Source: Octopus sinensis
Taxonomy: Eukaryota
Reading direction: 5' to 3'
Length of the DNA: 64,000 nucleotides
NCBI RefSeq assembly: GCF_006345805.1
Contig: NC_043005.1
Location: forward strand, 53,692,001-53,756,000
Position numbers and translations under genes: made by a program. Under the pieces are notes generated by a model. That model ran no database searches. It had not been told where the DNA came from and saw only the letters and a list, made by a program, of their open reading frames with translations. Within the stretch, counting starts at the first letter, position 1; the number at the start of each line of letters is the position of its first letter. Shown here piece after piece: positions 39,981-53,510 of this stretch.

Positions 39981-40584
39981 TATTTTGTCCAACACACTAA
40001 ACAAGAAAAATAATTTTAAAAACACTTATAAATATTTTAGATTGTGATTTCTATGGTTATAGTCAACACTATTTTGATGTGTTATTTCCTCTTTAAATAT
40101 TTTTGTATTAAATAGTTATTTGTATTAAATATTTTTGGTGGTGGTGAAGTGATGCTGTTAGATCTCAGATACCAGATTGCTGAGGCCTCATGGATACAAA
40201 CAACAAAAAAGTGAGATGAATTACATCAACATGTTTGCATAACAAAATTGTTTCAAAAAAAAAAGTCATCAGAAAAAAAAAATTATAATGTCAGTGATTA
40301 TAATAATTGCTATTGCTGTTGTAATAGTGTCAGTGATTGAAATGATAGCGAACGTGATGATGATAATGATGATGACGACGACGACAATGACGATGATGAT
40401 GATGATAAGTGCAGCATGAGCAAATTTCTGTCAATTTTAGTGTGATGTAGTTGTTTTTTTGTTTTTTTATCGGTGTAATGTAATTAACCAATTAATTGGC
40501 TGATTGATTGATTCATTGATTATTTAAGTTATTTAAAATTCAAATAAATTTAGCTTTCAAATATTGATTTCTTATATTGATGGA

Positions 40585-40792
40585 ATATAAGGCAGTGAAT
40601 TTGATAGAGTGGCAGGTTAAATGATGTCACAGTGTAAGGCAGTGAAGTTGTTAGAGTAGTTGCTTAAATATCAAAATATAAAGCAGTCACATTAGTAGAG
40701 TAGTGATCTAAATGCCACAATTTAAGGCAGCGAAGTGACAAGAGTGGGTGTCTAAATGCTTCAATAGAAGATAGTAGAGTTGATAGACTGCC
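40585..40792. repeat. Degenerate ~44-bp minisatellite, 5 units
   Basis: TAAGGCAG-like unit starts at 40588, 40635, 40679, 40723 and about 40766. Confidence 0.75.
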
Positions 40793-41301
40793 AGTTTAAT
40801 CCTTTACCAATTAAACTAGCCATAACGAGTCAAAATAGGCTGTTTTATGTTCAAACTAATCAGATCCTGCCTCTCACACATACCTTACAATGTTATCCTA
40901 AAAATAAACAATTGCATCATCAAAATCCTGAAGCTACGAGATACGAGATAACACATGATTATTTCAAAACAATGTGAATTATCAACCACATGGTTCCAGG
41001 TTCACTTCCACTGCATGGTACTTTGGGCGAGTGTCTTCTACTACAGCCTCGGGCTGACCAAAGCTTTGTGAGTGGATTTGGTAGACGGAAACTGAAAGAA
41101 CCCCATTGTATATATATATATATAATAATAATAATAATAGTATCAGGGAGTATAATATATATATATAATTATATATATATATATTACAGAGATGTACTTG
41201 CATAGCGAGTGACTTGATCTGAGATCGTGTGCTGGAATGAAAACAATTGCAGCTTGGAAGGTGTTTATAAGCCATTTAAGAAACACACAATTTAAATTTA
41301 A

Positions 41302-41352
41302 TTTGTCAAAATATTTTCATCACTTTGAGACTGCGACCTGTTCACTGACAAA
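41302..41352 (-). ncRNA. Inverted second copy of the G3:C8 hammerhead fold
   Basis: Same architecture. Stem II is GTCGC/GTGAT, where CpG decay leaves G-U wobbles. Confidence 0.65.
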
Positions 41353-41386
41353 GCTTCATGCTGTATCTCATGATGCAGCACGAAGC

Positions 41387-41437
41387 TTTGTCAGTGAACA
41401 GGTCGCGGTCTCAAAGCGACGAAAATATTTTGACAAA
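41387..41437 (+). ncRNA. Minimal type-I hammerhead ribozyme fold with G3:C8 core variant
   Basis: Stem I TTTGTCA/TGACAAA, core GTGAACA, stem II GTCGC/GCGAC, then GAA, palindromic stem III AATATT and H17=U. Confidence 0.72.
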
Positions 41438-42351
41438 TTAAATTTAAATGTTGAAGTGAATCTAACAGTTTTGTGTGTTTCTTAAATGGCTTATAAACAC
41501 CTTCCATGCTGGAATTGTTAAATATATATTATATAATATAACTATATATTATATATATACATGATAATATATATATAATATATATATATATATAGACACA
41601 CACACACACACGCACACACACACACACATATGTGTGTTTGTGTGCCTGTGTTTGTCCTCCCCAATATCATTTGACAACCAGTGCTGTTGTGTTCATGTCC
41701 CCATAACTTAGCAGTTCAGCAAAAGAGACCGATAGAATAAGTGCTAGGCTTATAAAGAATAAGTCCTGGGATTGATTAGCTCGACTAAGGGTGGTGCTCC
41801 AGTATGGCCACAGTCAAATGATTGAAACAGGTAACAGAATATATCATGGGCACAGGTATGGCTGTATGGTAAGAAGCTTGCTTCCTGACCACATGGTTCT
41901 GAGTTCAGTCCCACTGTATGGCCCCTTGGGCAAGAGTCTTCTACTATTGCATTGGGCTGACCAAAGCCTTGTGAGTGGATTTGGTAGACAGAAACTGAAA
42001 GAAACCCATCTTATATGCATATATGTGCATGTGTGTGTCTGTGTTTGATTCCCATCACTGCTTGACAATCAGTGTTGGTTCAACAAAAGAGGCCAATAGA
42101 ATAATTACCAGGCTTTAACAAAAAAGCAAAAAATGGGACTGGTTCTAATTAATTCAATTAATTAAATATCCTTCAAGGTGATGCCCCAACATAGTCATAA
42201 AAGTAAAAGCTAAAACATATAAGCATAAAACGTATAAGGGTTTCTGGTCCATAAAGCCATTAACTTTATGGTGCATCATCAGACCCCAAGACCTGTTGGC
42301 CTACGACTTCTTTAGAATATGGACTACCCTATATTTTAGGCAAACAGGTCT

Positions 42352-42414
42352 TGGGGTCTGACGCTATGCCATAAAGTTAAACCCTTTATGGATGGGAAAC
42401 CCAGGGTAACCACA
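42352..42414 (+). ncRNA. Minimal hammerhead-like fold, right arm of an inverted pair
   Basis: Stem I TGGGGT/ACCACA, core CTGACGC (A9C), stem II CCATAAAG/CTTTATGG, then GAA, ACCC-A-GGGT and H17=A. The left arm (42238-42288, minus) has an intact CTGATGA core and GAAACCC. Confidence 0.6.
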
Positions 42415-43613
42415 TAAACTGGTCTTCACCAGGAAAAAAATATAGGCTGTTCTACTTCTTTGAGTTGCTTCTTCTCCAGATTTATGCTTTTCTAAAAACA
42501 ATATATAAATATATGACAACTTCTTCCTGTAGATACCAAATCCACTCACAAGGCCTTGGTTATTTCAGGGCTATAGTAGAAGACTCTTGCCCCAAATGCC
42601 ATGCAGTGAGACTGAAACTGGAACCATATGGTTGGGAAGCAAACTTATTAATACACAGCCATGCCTGTGCCTTTGATATTTGCTTTTTTTTATTTTTGAT
42701 TGGATACAAAGCCCACTTCAATTTTAGAAAGAAGGAATCAAATATTTATATATTTTTGAAAGGTATGAAATATTTAATGGGATGAAACAGGTAGAGTATT
42801 TGAACCTGATATGACCAGTTTAAATGTTCTAGGGTAGCAACTGTTGTTTGCTATTTACTTACCCCTAGAAAGTATGAAATATGACGAATATTTCCTTCAA
42901 ACTTTGCTTTATGTACATTTATTTAAACCCCAAAGTATCCCTTTCAACAGATGACTATAATGTACCCCCACTACTCTTGCCCATGATCAGAGATGCACAT
43001 ATCGTCAGCCACTAAGGGACATGTTCAAATGGTTACGGTCAAGCAACTGACAAGCAAATCTGTGGTATTGAGCAGAATATATGCTATAATGATATTTCTG
43101 CTTCAGCAACTCAATGCTGAATCTGCCTCAAATGTAATGGAAAATAATTCAGTTTCAAAACATTGATGTCCAGTTTATAAAAGCAAAGTTTGAAGGGACT
43201 AGCAGTTATTTTCTTTGATTTCTAGATAGAAGCAAATAGGAAATAACATTTATTGACCAAAGACAAAAAACAAAACAAAAGTATATTAATTTTGTTACAC
43301 AGTGTTATTAAACAACATCTCCCATAGCTCACCAATTCAACACAAGAAGATTAGTGAGAAAAGTACCTACCCTACTTTAAAAAAATTTTGTTTCAGCATT
43401 AGTAAGGTCATCCAACCACAGAATTCTCATCCAAGAAGTCTTCTCCAACCCATACTAGTATGGAAAAAGCCGGCATAAATACAATGATGATGATGATGAT
43501 AATGAGGATGATGATGATGATGATGTGATGATGATGTGATGATGATGGTGGATCACATACTGAAGTGATGCAAATTGTACTGAGGGGAGTGAGAAAAAGA
43601 GAGAAGGTGAGAG

Positions 43614-43653
<40 letters not shown>

Positions 43654-44754
43654 TGTGTGTGTGTGTACCTTTAATATAAAATTAGTAATTATCAAACCAC
43701 CTTTGTTAATATCAAGGCATGATACTGGAAGCAATAAGAGCATCAGGGAATAATGAACATGTGAGGGAGAGAAATGTTCATTCATAGCAGCTGAAGGTAA
43801 TTAGTATTAGAATTAAAGGAAGAAAATAAATTCGCAATAGAGTAATCCCTGCATGTGTCCACTGAACCCATTTAAAGAAATCGAATCAGATGTTCTGCTA
43901 TAGGCAAGGGAAGTAGGTTTAGAAAAGCAAATAGCAGGTGTGTGTGTGTGTGTGGTAAGGAGCTTGCTTCCCAATCACATGGTTCTGAGTTCAGTTCTAC
44001 TGCACATTAGGCAAGTGGTGTCTTCCACTATATACTCTTGGGCCTACCAAAGTCTTGTGAGTGGATTTGGTAGATGGAAACTGAACGAAACCTGTCATAT
44101 GTATGCATGTGTGTGTGTGCATGTACGTGTGTGCGTGCATGCACGTGTGTGTGTGTGTCTTTGTGTCTGTATTTATCTCTTACCACTGCTTGATAATCGG
44201 TGTTGGTGTGTTTATGTCCTTGTAACTTAGCAGTTCAGCAAAAGAGACTTGTAGAATAAATACAAGGCTTAAAATAAATACTGTGGTCAATTCATTCGAT
44301 AAAACATTCTTCAAGGTAGTGCCCCAGCATGACCACAGTCTAATGACTGAAACAAGTAAAAGTCGAAATATATATGTGTGTGTGTGTGCCAGTGGCATGT
44401 AAAAAGCACCATTCAAGCATGATTGTTGCCAGTGCCGCTGAACTGGCTCATGTGCAGGTAGCACTTAAAAGACACTTTTTGAATGTTGTCGTTGCCAGAA
44501 TTGCATAACTGGCCCATGCGCCGGTGGCACGTAAAAAGCACCCACTACACTCTAGGAGTTGTTGGCGTTAGGAAGGGCATCAGGCTGTAGAAACTTTGGC
44601 AGATCAGATTGGAGCCTGGTGCAGCCTTCTGGCTCACCAGTCCTCAGTCAAACCCATGCCAGCATTGAAAGCCAACATTAAATAATGATGATGATGATGA
44701 TATATTATACACACATATATACATACATATATATACATATATATATATATATAC

Positions 44755-44800
<46 letters not shown>

Positions 44801-45563
44801 TATATAAAGAAATATATATATATACATATAAATATATGTATATATATATATATATACATATCTCACATCCATATGTGTGCGTGCATGCGTGTGTGTGTCT
44901 GTATGCTTGTGCGTGTGTGTGTGAGTGTTATCTTTAAATTTTACATTTTTTGGTAGTCATAATTTAACAGCTCATTATTCAATAGAAATTGTTTTTCTAT
45001 ATTTGTTTCTTTCTTTTGTCTCTCTTTTGTTTAAATATTGTCTTGCATAATTTTCTTAGTAAGAGTCTGTTAACATATTATCATGGACTGTGATCATAAT
45101 AGTTAAATGAGAAAATGTTCATATCTCCAAATTGATTTCAAGTGGTTAATTATGATTTAAGTTGGGTGATAAAGATAATTAAATGCAATTACAAAATTGG
45201 ATTACATAATTTCAACACGGTGAATAATAAGATGCAAAGCTGAATGAATCGATGAATATACAAATGAATGTAAACATTTTTTAGTGTCTTAATATTGTTT
45301 TAAATCTTAAAGATGTGACAGTAACATTATACTCATTGTAATTATATTTGAAATAAGCTGATTTTGTAAAGAGATCCATTCAATGGATAACAATTAATTA
45401 GCTTTCCATTAATTATTATGATGAGTGCTCCAGTTGATCTGATCAACAGAACAGCCTGCTTGTGAAATTAACATGCAAGTGGCTGAGTACTCCACAGATA
45501 CATGAAAACTCTTAATCAGGTAACATTTACACTGGCCATATCCAGCCAAAATAAATCTACCTA

Positions 45564-46068
45564 CTGTAAATCCTCAAGCATAATCCGCATTTTTTTCCCA
45601 AAATTTAAAGGTCAAAATCCCTAGTGCGTACTATATACAATGTTAAAAATGAAAAATATTTTCTAAGCAATGTCCGAGTCTCTGTTTGCTGTCTTGCAAT
45701 GTTTATTCAGATGCAATTTGTGATGTTGGGCGCGAAAATACCTTAAGCTTAGCCTAAAAGCAATGAAGTCATAAAAGAATCATCCATAACTTGCAGTAAG
45801 CAACATTTATTAAAATAAAAGTATTCAGAACACAGAATAACATGTAACAAAAACAATTTGCAAACATATTTACATTCCCATATAACAGTTAAGAACATCA
45901 CCTTTATTTTATTACGCATGTGTGGAAATGTTTGTTTGACTAGGTGCTGCTGGCTTAATTACACACGACCCAAGTTAGAGAAGGGGTGCATATTATACAC
46001 AAGGTTTAGGTTTTTCAGAAGTACAGCCCCCTAAAAATCCCCTGCGTATTATACTCGAGGATTTATGG
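45564..46068. mobile_element. pogo/Tigger-like MITE with TA TSD
   Basis: TA|CTGTAAATCCTCAAGCATAATCCGCA at the left end and TGCGTATTATACTCGAGGATTTATGG|TA at the right. Confidence 0.8.
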
Positions 46069-46719
46069 TATATTAACTTCAAACTGGCCAGATTTGGCTT
46101 CCCATATTTACCTTACAATATTATTCTAAAAATAAATAATCACATCAGCGAGCTCTCGAAGCTACAAGGTAATGCATGACTAATTCATACCAATATGAAT
46201 AAAATAAATAAGCATTACATCTGACAGAGAAATCTGAATGCTAAAAGGTTCATGTGGTTTTCAGGGAGATTAAGCATGGCATAAAATGTGACAAGGTTGG
46301 CTGCTTGAAATACAAGTACTACTTAGGTTTGCCAGCTGAGCAGACTGAAACAATATGAAATAAAATGTCTTGTCAAGGACACAAGGCATCGCTGGAAGTC
46401 GAACTCATGAACTTACAATTATGAACCAAATACCCTAACCACTAAGCCATGTGCCTTCACTTACATTAACAATTACAAAAAAGATTTAAGACATAGAAAA
46501 GGTTATGTAACACGAGGACTTGTTTTTTGTCTGACATAAGACAATGGGTCCCGTAGCTCAGTGGATTATTTTGTGAAGACCAGCTGAATGAAGTGCTTTA
46601 CTTGTAAGTAAGTAAGTAAGTAAGGGTTGCTACAAGGAAAGATAAATGGCCACAAACATACTGTCTCAAGAAGACTCGTCCAGCCCATGCTAGCATGGAA
46701 AAGCAGGTATAGAAATGAT

Positions 46720-47122
46720 GGCCAATAACAACAACAATGATGACTACAACGACGATGACAACGGTGATGATGACGATGATGACGACGACGACGACAACAA
46801 TGATGATGATGAAGAAGAAGAGAAGGAGGAGGAGGAGGAATATGAGGAGGATGGTGATTGTGGTGAAGTTGTTCAAATAATATCAGAGAGAGTAAAAGAG
46901 ACAGAACAATAAAAGGAGAGAAAATGGGGAAAAAAGAGAGGAGGGAGGAGAGAAAAAGAGAGAGAGAGAAGGAAAGAGAGAAAGAGAGAGAAGGAAAGAG
47001 AGAAAGAGAGAGAAGGAGAAGTGTTAAAATTAGAAATAGATGCAGGCATGGCTGTGTGGTTAAGAAGCTTGCTTCCCAATCATCTGATCACCCTTACCCG
47101 TCTTGTTGCTTAACAACAACAA

Positions 47123-47161
<39 letters not shown>

Positions 47162-47230
47162 CAGTAGTAGTAGTAGTAGTAGTAGTAGTAGCAGTAGCAG
47201 CAGTTGCAGCAGCAGCAGTAGTAGTAGTAG
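46720..47230. repeat. Compound trinucleotide and purine runs (AAC/GAT/GAC/GAG, GA-rich, CAA/CAG/TAG)
   Basis: Read directly from the sequence. Confidence 0.9.
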
Positions 47231-50168
47231 TGTGAGGGCATGTGCTGTAACAGTTCATCACTGCATCCTCTATCTGTTGGTGATTCCCTACTCCTGGTGA
47301 ATGACACCTTTGCACCACTCAGACAACAACCCTCCAACCCATGGGTCTGCTTGGGTAGTCATTACTAGTGAGGGTTTTATGAGGTCAAAGTGCAAATCCT
47401 ACCTCAACCTCTTTTAGTTGCTTTTACAACACACATGCCTATTCTCTGACACGCTGGTCACCACACAGTATGGAAGAAAAAACACGTAAATATTTCACCA
47501 ATGCCAGATGCAAAAATAAAACCAGCAGTAAATTTGCAAAGGGCTTAGAGTTCTAAATGACAACAGTCAGAATTTTATTAATCAACTCCACACTGGACTT
47601 GGCCGAAGCAAAGATGCCAAAGTGAAATAGATGACATATTATGGAATCTTATTTCTGTAACTGCATGTGGTAAAACTCCAAACCAGGAGTCACCTGCTGA
47701 TTTGTCTGTTATTGGATTTCTCCTTTTTTTTCCCCCCCATTTTTCTTTTTGTTGTTTTCAGATACAATAGAAAAGAAAGCTGAAAATGAATGTATAAAAA
47801 AAAAATGAAAAAACATTTGATACAAACACAATAATGGTAATCAGATTCCAATATATGTTCCAGGCATGTAAGATGTCTAATAATTAGATGTGATACGTTA
47901 AAGTGCACAAGTTTCACTGGATTGGATATAGTTTCCATTGTTTGTTTTTACTTTGCACTTGTATGTATTCAGTAAGTATGATTTCTGAATTTTCATTATT
48001 CTTGTCTTAACCCATATTCAATTTTCTGTCACTTCCAATCTTCTTAATGTTTTCTTAACTGTCTTATGACAAGTTTTCATGAAATTATCATCTTTCCTCT
48101 AGTTTCTATGCAAAACCAATTTGATATATTTATCATAAGGTCATTTTATCTGTTATCAGCATGACATGTGTATATCACCAATTGTTTCTCTTCTATAAAC
48201 CTGCATTTGAAGCCTTTAATTCCAGTTTGTCATTTTCAGATCAACCTGATAATGTCAATCACTTAGAATAATATCTTATAATCAATGATAAGGGTACATA
48301 ATATTCCAGTCACATCCTTTATAAATCTTAATTTTATGACTATCATGAATATGGTGTAGCACTGCCTACATGTGAGGATTTATTTATTTATGTTCTAGTT
48401 TTATTATTAGGATATTGCATAGTGGAATATTACATAGAGACCCATAGAATAGTCACTGGAAACAGCTGAGTTATCACTTTGTTCAACAGTAGTCATCATC
48501 ATCATCATCATCATCGTTTAACGTCCGCTTTCCATGCTGCACCAGGCCCAGTCTGATCTGGCAGTGTTTCTACAGTGTTTCTGATCTGGCAGTGTTTCTA
48601 GTATGTGTACAAAGCATTAGATTGCCAGAATTGAGCAAAATACCTTGTGGTATTTGTTCTGGCTCTTAATGTTTTGTGTTCAAATCCCACCGAGGCCAGC
48701 CTTTCCTTTTGTCCTTTCAAATTTTTAAAATAATGTACCAGACCAGATAATTGGGTTGGCAGAATTGTCAAATAATCAAACATGAGACCTTATTGCATTT
48801 GTTCCACCTTTTAACATATTGACTTCCTGAATGGTTGACTTAGCCTATCATCCAGTTTAACAGTATACCTGGACCTTGTAACCCTTTCACAGAGTTCACA
48901 TAGTTGGAAGCATTTAGGTCAGGTCTCTAGTTTGAGAATAACTCCCTGTCTCCCCCCCCCCACTAGTCTTAAGGCCTCCGAAAAATTAAAGATTCACAGG
49001 TGTTAAGTACACACAGGATAATGATATGCTGGACAAACAAATATGTAGCCAGCTCAAGATTACAGCATCTTTGGTGATAGGTTTGCTCAAACAGGCCTGC
49101 CCTGGGCCTAAAAGTAACAACGACAGTATACACAAGAAAATCAGCTGAATTCTGTAATTGTTATATGATGATCAAAAATCTCATTTGTCAGTCATTGATG
49201 AAAATTCTTATCATTAGCGAATAATTAGTAGAGGCAAATGTTGTTTAATGATATTGTAGCTCTAATGAGTAGAGGCATGGTTATCATCATCATCATCTTC
49301 ATTATCATTGTAGTTTAACATTCGCTTTCCATGCTGGCATGGAACTGGCCAGCCAAGAGGCTGCACAAGCCTCCAATCTGATCTGGCATGGTTTCTGCAG
49401 CTGGATGCCCTTCCTATATATCATGGACTTCCTTACAATTTACAGCTACTAAATTTCTCGAAGTATTGTTTGCCTGAATCCATAGAAGAAGATATCTGCT
49501 CAAGGTAACACTAGAGAGGGATCAAAGCCATTGTGCTTCAACTTGAACTCAAACCCTTTTGATTGTGAAGGAAACTTCTCAAGCAGGGGGCTATTCCTGT
49601 AAATAAGAATAAAAGTTCTTTCCAGTTTAGGAATCCTAAATGCAATCAAAACCGTCTCTCCTTTTTACTGCATATTTTAACATAAACTTTCCTTTACTAC
49701 ATCATGTGTGTGTGTGTGTGTATGCATATATATATATGTATATGGGTGTGTGTGCATGTATGAGTATATATACATGTGTATATGTGTGTATGCATGTATT
49801 AACATATATTTATGTGCATGTATATATGTGTGTGTAGATATATATGTTGATATGTATATATATATATATATGTGGGTGTGTGTGCTCGTGTGTATACATG
49901 CATGTGCATGCATGTGCTTACATGGGGATGTTTGCCTTTGCCTTTTCTTGGCATCATATTTAAAATTCTAAATGTATGTCTCCCTCTTTTGGGGTAATAT
50001 GACTCTGTTCAGAAACACGAGAGAGTTGACAACAGGGTAGGCCTCAGGTTATTGGACATTTGCCTCAATAAATTCTACCAGATCAATGCTAGCACAGAAA
50101 AGTGAATACGGAAATGATAATGAAGAGGATGATATTACATGGTACTGATGTCGATAAATGTATATTAA

Positions 50169-50390
50169 CCCTTTTGATACCAACCCGGTTGAAACCACCT
50201 CTGGCTCTGTAGTACAAATGTCTTGTTGTCATAAATTTTGAATTAAAATCTCCCACTAAACCTTAGTCAAATTTTCCATTCCTAACACTAGCTTAATGAT
50301 AACTAAGTTATTTTACTAAATTCTTTGTTATATTTCAAATTATTTGAAAGAAACAGAGAGCATCTCAAAATAAATATGGTAACAAAAGAG
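50169..50390. mobile_element. piggyBac-like MITE with TTAA TSD
   Basis: TTAA|CCCTTTTGATACC at the left end and GGTAACAAAAGAG|TTAA at the right. Related TTAA-CCCTTTAG fragments lie near 34550, 35090-35210, 40795-40975 and 46075-46230. Confidence 0.7.
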
Positions 50391-50574
50391 TTAACAAACA
50401 TTTCTTGATACAGAACTCCATATCAGGAGTACAATGGATCGTATGAAATGTGTTGACGAAAACCTCAAGTTTCAATTGTCAAGAGGCTTACTGATGTACA
50501 TTTGCTGGATTCATTCCTTTATGAATTTTATTATGGTCAACACTGCTTGTCAACCCACAGTTGGATTCATAATG

Positions 50575-50686
50575 ACTGTATATATATACATACATACGTA
50601 TATATATACATATATATATATATATAATATATATATATATAATATATATATATATACATATATATATAATATATACATATATATAT

Positions 50687-50742
<56 letters not shown>

Positions 50743-50916
50743 TATATAATACATATATATATATATATATATATAGGTAAACAGTAAAAATAATTACAGA
50801 CATGGACAAGAACATGAAACACCACAGAGATGGCACAAGAACCACAGGACGGGACATTCGAAGCCCTCAGTCATCAGTCAAGAACCAGATCATCTTAGCA
50901 ATTTCGGCTGATATAC

Positions 50917-50951
<35 letters not shown>

Positions 50952-51146
50952 ATATATATATATATGTATATATATATATTATATATATATATATATGTAT
51001 GTATGCTTGTAACACATACACACACATGTACACAAGCACATGCACACAAACATACATACATATATAAATAAATATTGTATATGCACATATATATATACAT
51101 ATATTTATGTATATGTGTGTGTATATATATATACATATATATATAC

Positions 51147-51183
<37 letters not shown>

Positions 51184-51324
51184 CACACATATATAGAGAT
51201 ACATATGCATATATGTGGGTATATATATGTGTATATATATATGCATAAATGTGTGTGTGTGTATGTATATATAATATATATATATGCATATGTGTGTGTG
51301 CATATATATATGTATATATGTATG

Positions 51325-51360
<36 letters not shown>

Positions 51361-51402
51361 TATATATATATATGAATATGTATATACACATATATATGCA
51401 TA

Positions 51403-51470
<68 letters not shown>
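50575..51470. repeat. Large TA/CA/TG microsatellite block with a short embedded repeat fragment (50776-50912)
   Basis: Read directly from the sequence. Confidence 0.9.
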
Positions 51471-51475
<5 letters not shown>

Positions 51476-53129
51476 AGATGATAACAGGAATATATTCATT
51501 GACTACAGACACTCTCCTTGAAAACTTGCCTCTATTATATTTAGTCAAAAGAAATCAATTTGTATAAGAGAACTTTATAATTTTAGTGCACTGTTATTTC
51601 TCTCATTATGAATTTTCTGAAGTAATTTTTCATACACCACTTCAGTTAACTTCAGATATGATTCAGTCAGCAACAACTTAGGACATAACTAACAATCTAA
51701 TAGCAAAAACCTCCATGTAATGCACTTTGAACAGAAGCAATGGATATAAATTCATCTGAAAATTATTTACTATATAATCAAAATTGAACAGGACTATACG
51801 AAACAGAGATGAATTTAAATCTAAATTTATAATTGATATCATATTAGAGTTACAGTGTGTAACACGCATAAGCCCATTAAAAGCAAAACGGGAGTGTGGT
51901 AGATAATAATGTTAATGGTGCTTACAAACGACATTTTGTCCAATGAATGTTAAGTGATTAAATATATACATAAATAAATAAATTGAATGTTTATTTTTGC
52001 TAAAATTCTATGTTATTGTAGATGCTGGTGACATTGATTTAACTATGGCATATGATATGGAGGGGATGTGAGAAATTATTATTGAATGTAAGAAATATTA
52101 TGCAATAAGTGCAGGCATGCCTGTGTGGCAAGGAGATTGCATCCCGACCACATGGTCCCGGGTTCAGTCCCACTGCATGGAACATTGGGCATGTGTCTTC
52201 TACTATCGCCTTGGGCCAACCAAAGCCTTGTGAGTGGATGTGGTTGACGAAACCTGAAAGAAGTCCATCTTACACACACACACACACACACGCATATATA
52301 TAAGTTAATTAGGGGATATATTAATCTCATAAAGGGACGATTACATCCAAGAAAGCACTGGTTTTATACCTTATATCTTTAGGAAACAAAATTTCCCTAA
52401 ATCAATAGGTATGTATTAAGCATATAATCCGTATTGGATTAAGGAAATGGAGAGTTACTTGTTGATAATTATTTATTAAATAATTATTAACCACTAACTT
52501 TCCATTTCCTTCTCTTAATTTAAATATGGATTATGTGTGTGTATGTGTGTGTGTGAGTGTGTGTGTGTAAGTATGTATGTATGTATTATTTATGTGTGCA
52601 TGTCTGTGTTATTCGGCCCCTCCCCCCACCATCGCTTGACAACCAATGTTTGTGTGTTTATGTCTTAGTAACTTAGTAGAATTAAAGAATAATAAAATGA
52701 ACACCACTGTGGCTCCACTGTGGATCCTTGCAACTTCCACCCACTGTCATGCCATCATAGTGCTGGCTGCCTTCCATGCCATACCACACTTAACAAGATC
52801 ATAAAGCAAAGCCTAGATACTGCAGGCTTCTCTTCCCAGCTTAAGCCAGTGGAGCTAGACTGAGGGGATGGTAAAAGGCCAGACTGTAGGACAATTTCCC
52901 TGTTCCCTGGCAAAAGGCCACACAACCTCCATCTGAGATGCCACATGCTGTGAGATCTTCTCTAGTGGCAACTTAGTGTTGTCAGTTACCAGCTCACTCT
53001 CCAATGCTCATCAGGCTGAGAAAAGCAAGCCGTCAAGATATTAGTCACCCTCTGACTAATAGCCCACTACAGCTACATGGGATGGTGTACATGCAGTTTT
53101 TGGTCATATTCTTTTCTGTTTTACCCAAA

Positions 53130-53481
53130 GGGGAATATGACCAAAACTGCATGTACTCCATCCCATGCAGCTGTGGTGGGCAATACAAAGGCAAAACATT
53201 GCCACCCACTCAAAATAAGGGTAGAGGAACATCGCAAAGCTGTGACACAAGGAGATATTGATAAATTGGGTATATATGATCATGTATGGAAAAATGGAGA
53301 CCACTTCCCCCTGTGGGATGAAGTTAAAATAATAGAGGGAGAACACCACTGGAAAATACGAAAACTAAAAGAAGCAGCACATATGCTAGGACACAACAAC
53401 CTCCTAAGCAGAATGAGTGCAGATATGAGCAGCATATGGGAACCGGTATTAAGGAAGGATAGAAGAATATTAGATTTATAA
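53130..53481 (+). mobile_element. Penelope-like element C-terminal GIY-YIG endonuclease fragment (frameshifted)
   Basis: NCMYSIPCSCGGQYKGKT / HPLKIRVEEHRKAV...IYDHVW...HFPLWDEVKII..EHHWKIRKLKEAAHM..NNLLSR. This gives GIY/YIG-like strands, CxC and His residues, and the conserved Arg, Glu and Asn. Confidence 0.85.
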
Positions 53482-53510
53482 GCCCTAAAATTCACTCCAT
53501 AATTGCCCAT

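Larger units (their letters stand above)
41184..41518. mobile_element. Inverted-repeat (Penelope pLTR-like) remnant inserted in the (TA)n of a CORE-like SINE
   Basis: Arms span about 41243-41518 around a loop at about 41364-41375. Flanked by TA repeats, with the SINE head at 40983-41108 and tail at 41630-41840. Confidence 0.7.

Noticed and set aside
46715-47337. Acidic, poly-S and poly-A ORFs resembling disordered proteins
   Set aside because: They lie wholly within trinucleotide runs and a SINE head, with no complex sequence or splice support.
50845-50912. Minus-strand CTGATGA and CAGCC-GAAA motifs as hammerheads
   Set aside because: The first motif lacks its 5' half, which is replaced by TA repeats. 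The second has no convincing stem I, stem II or A15.1-U16.1 pair. It may be a pLTR remnant but is not callable.
50867-51499. Long ORFs rich in YI, HT, CV or LSIY, also at 14798-15112, 22087-22599, 25241-25753 and 28196-29792
   Set aside because: Stop-free read-through of TA, CA and GATA microsatellites.
52755-52946. Possible Helitron/Pif1 or RT fragment
   Set aside because: Only vague similarity, with no Walker A or other diagnostic motif.
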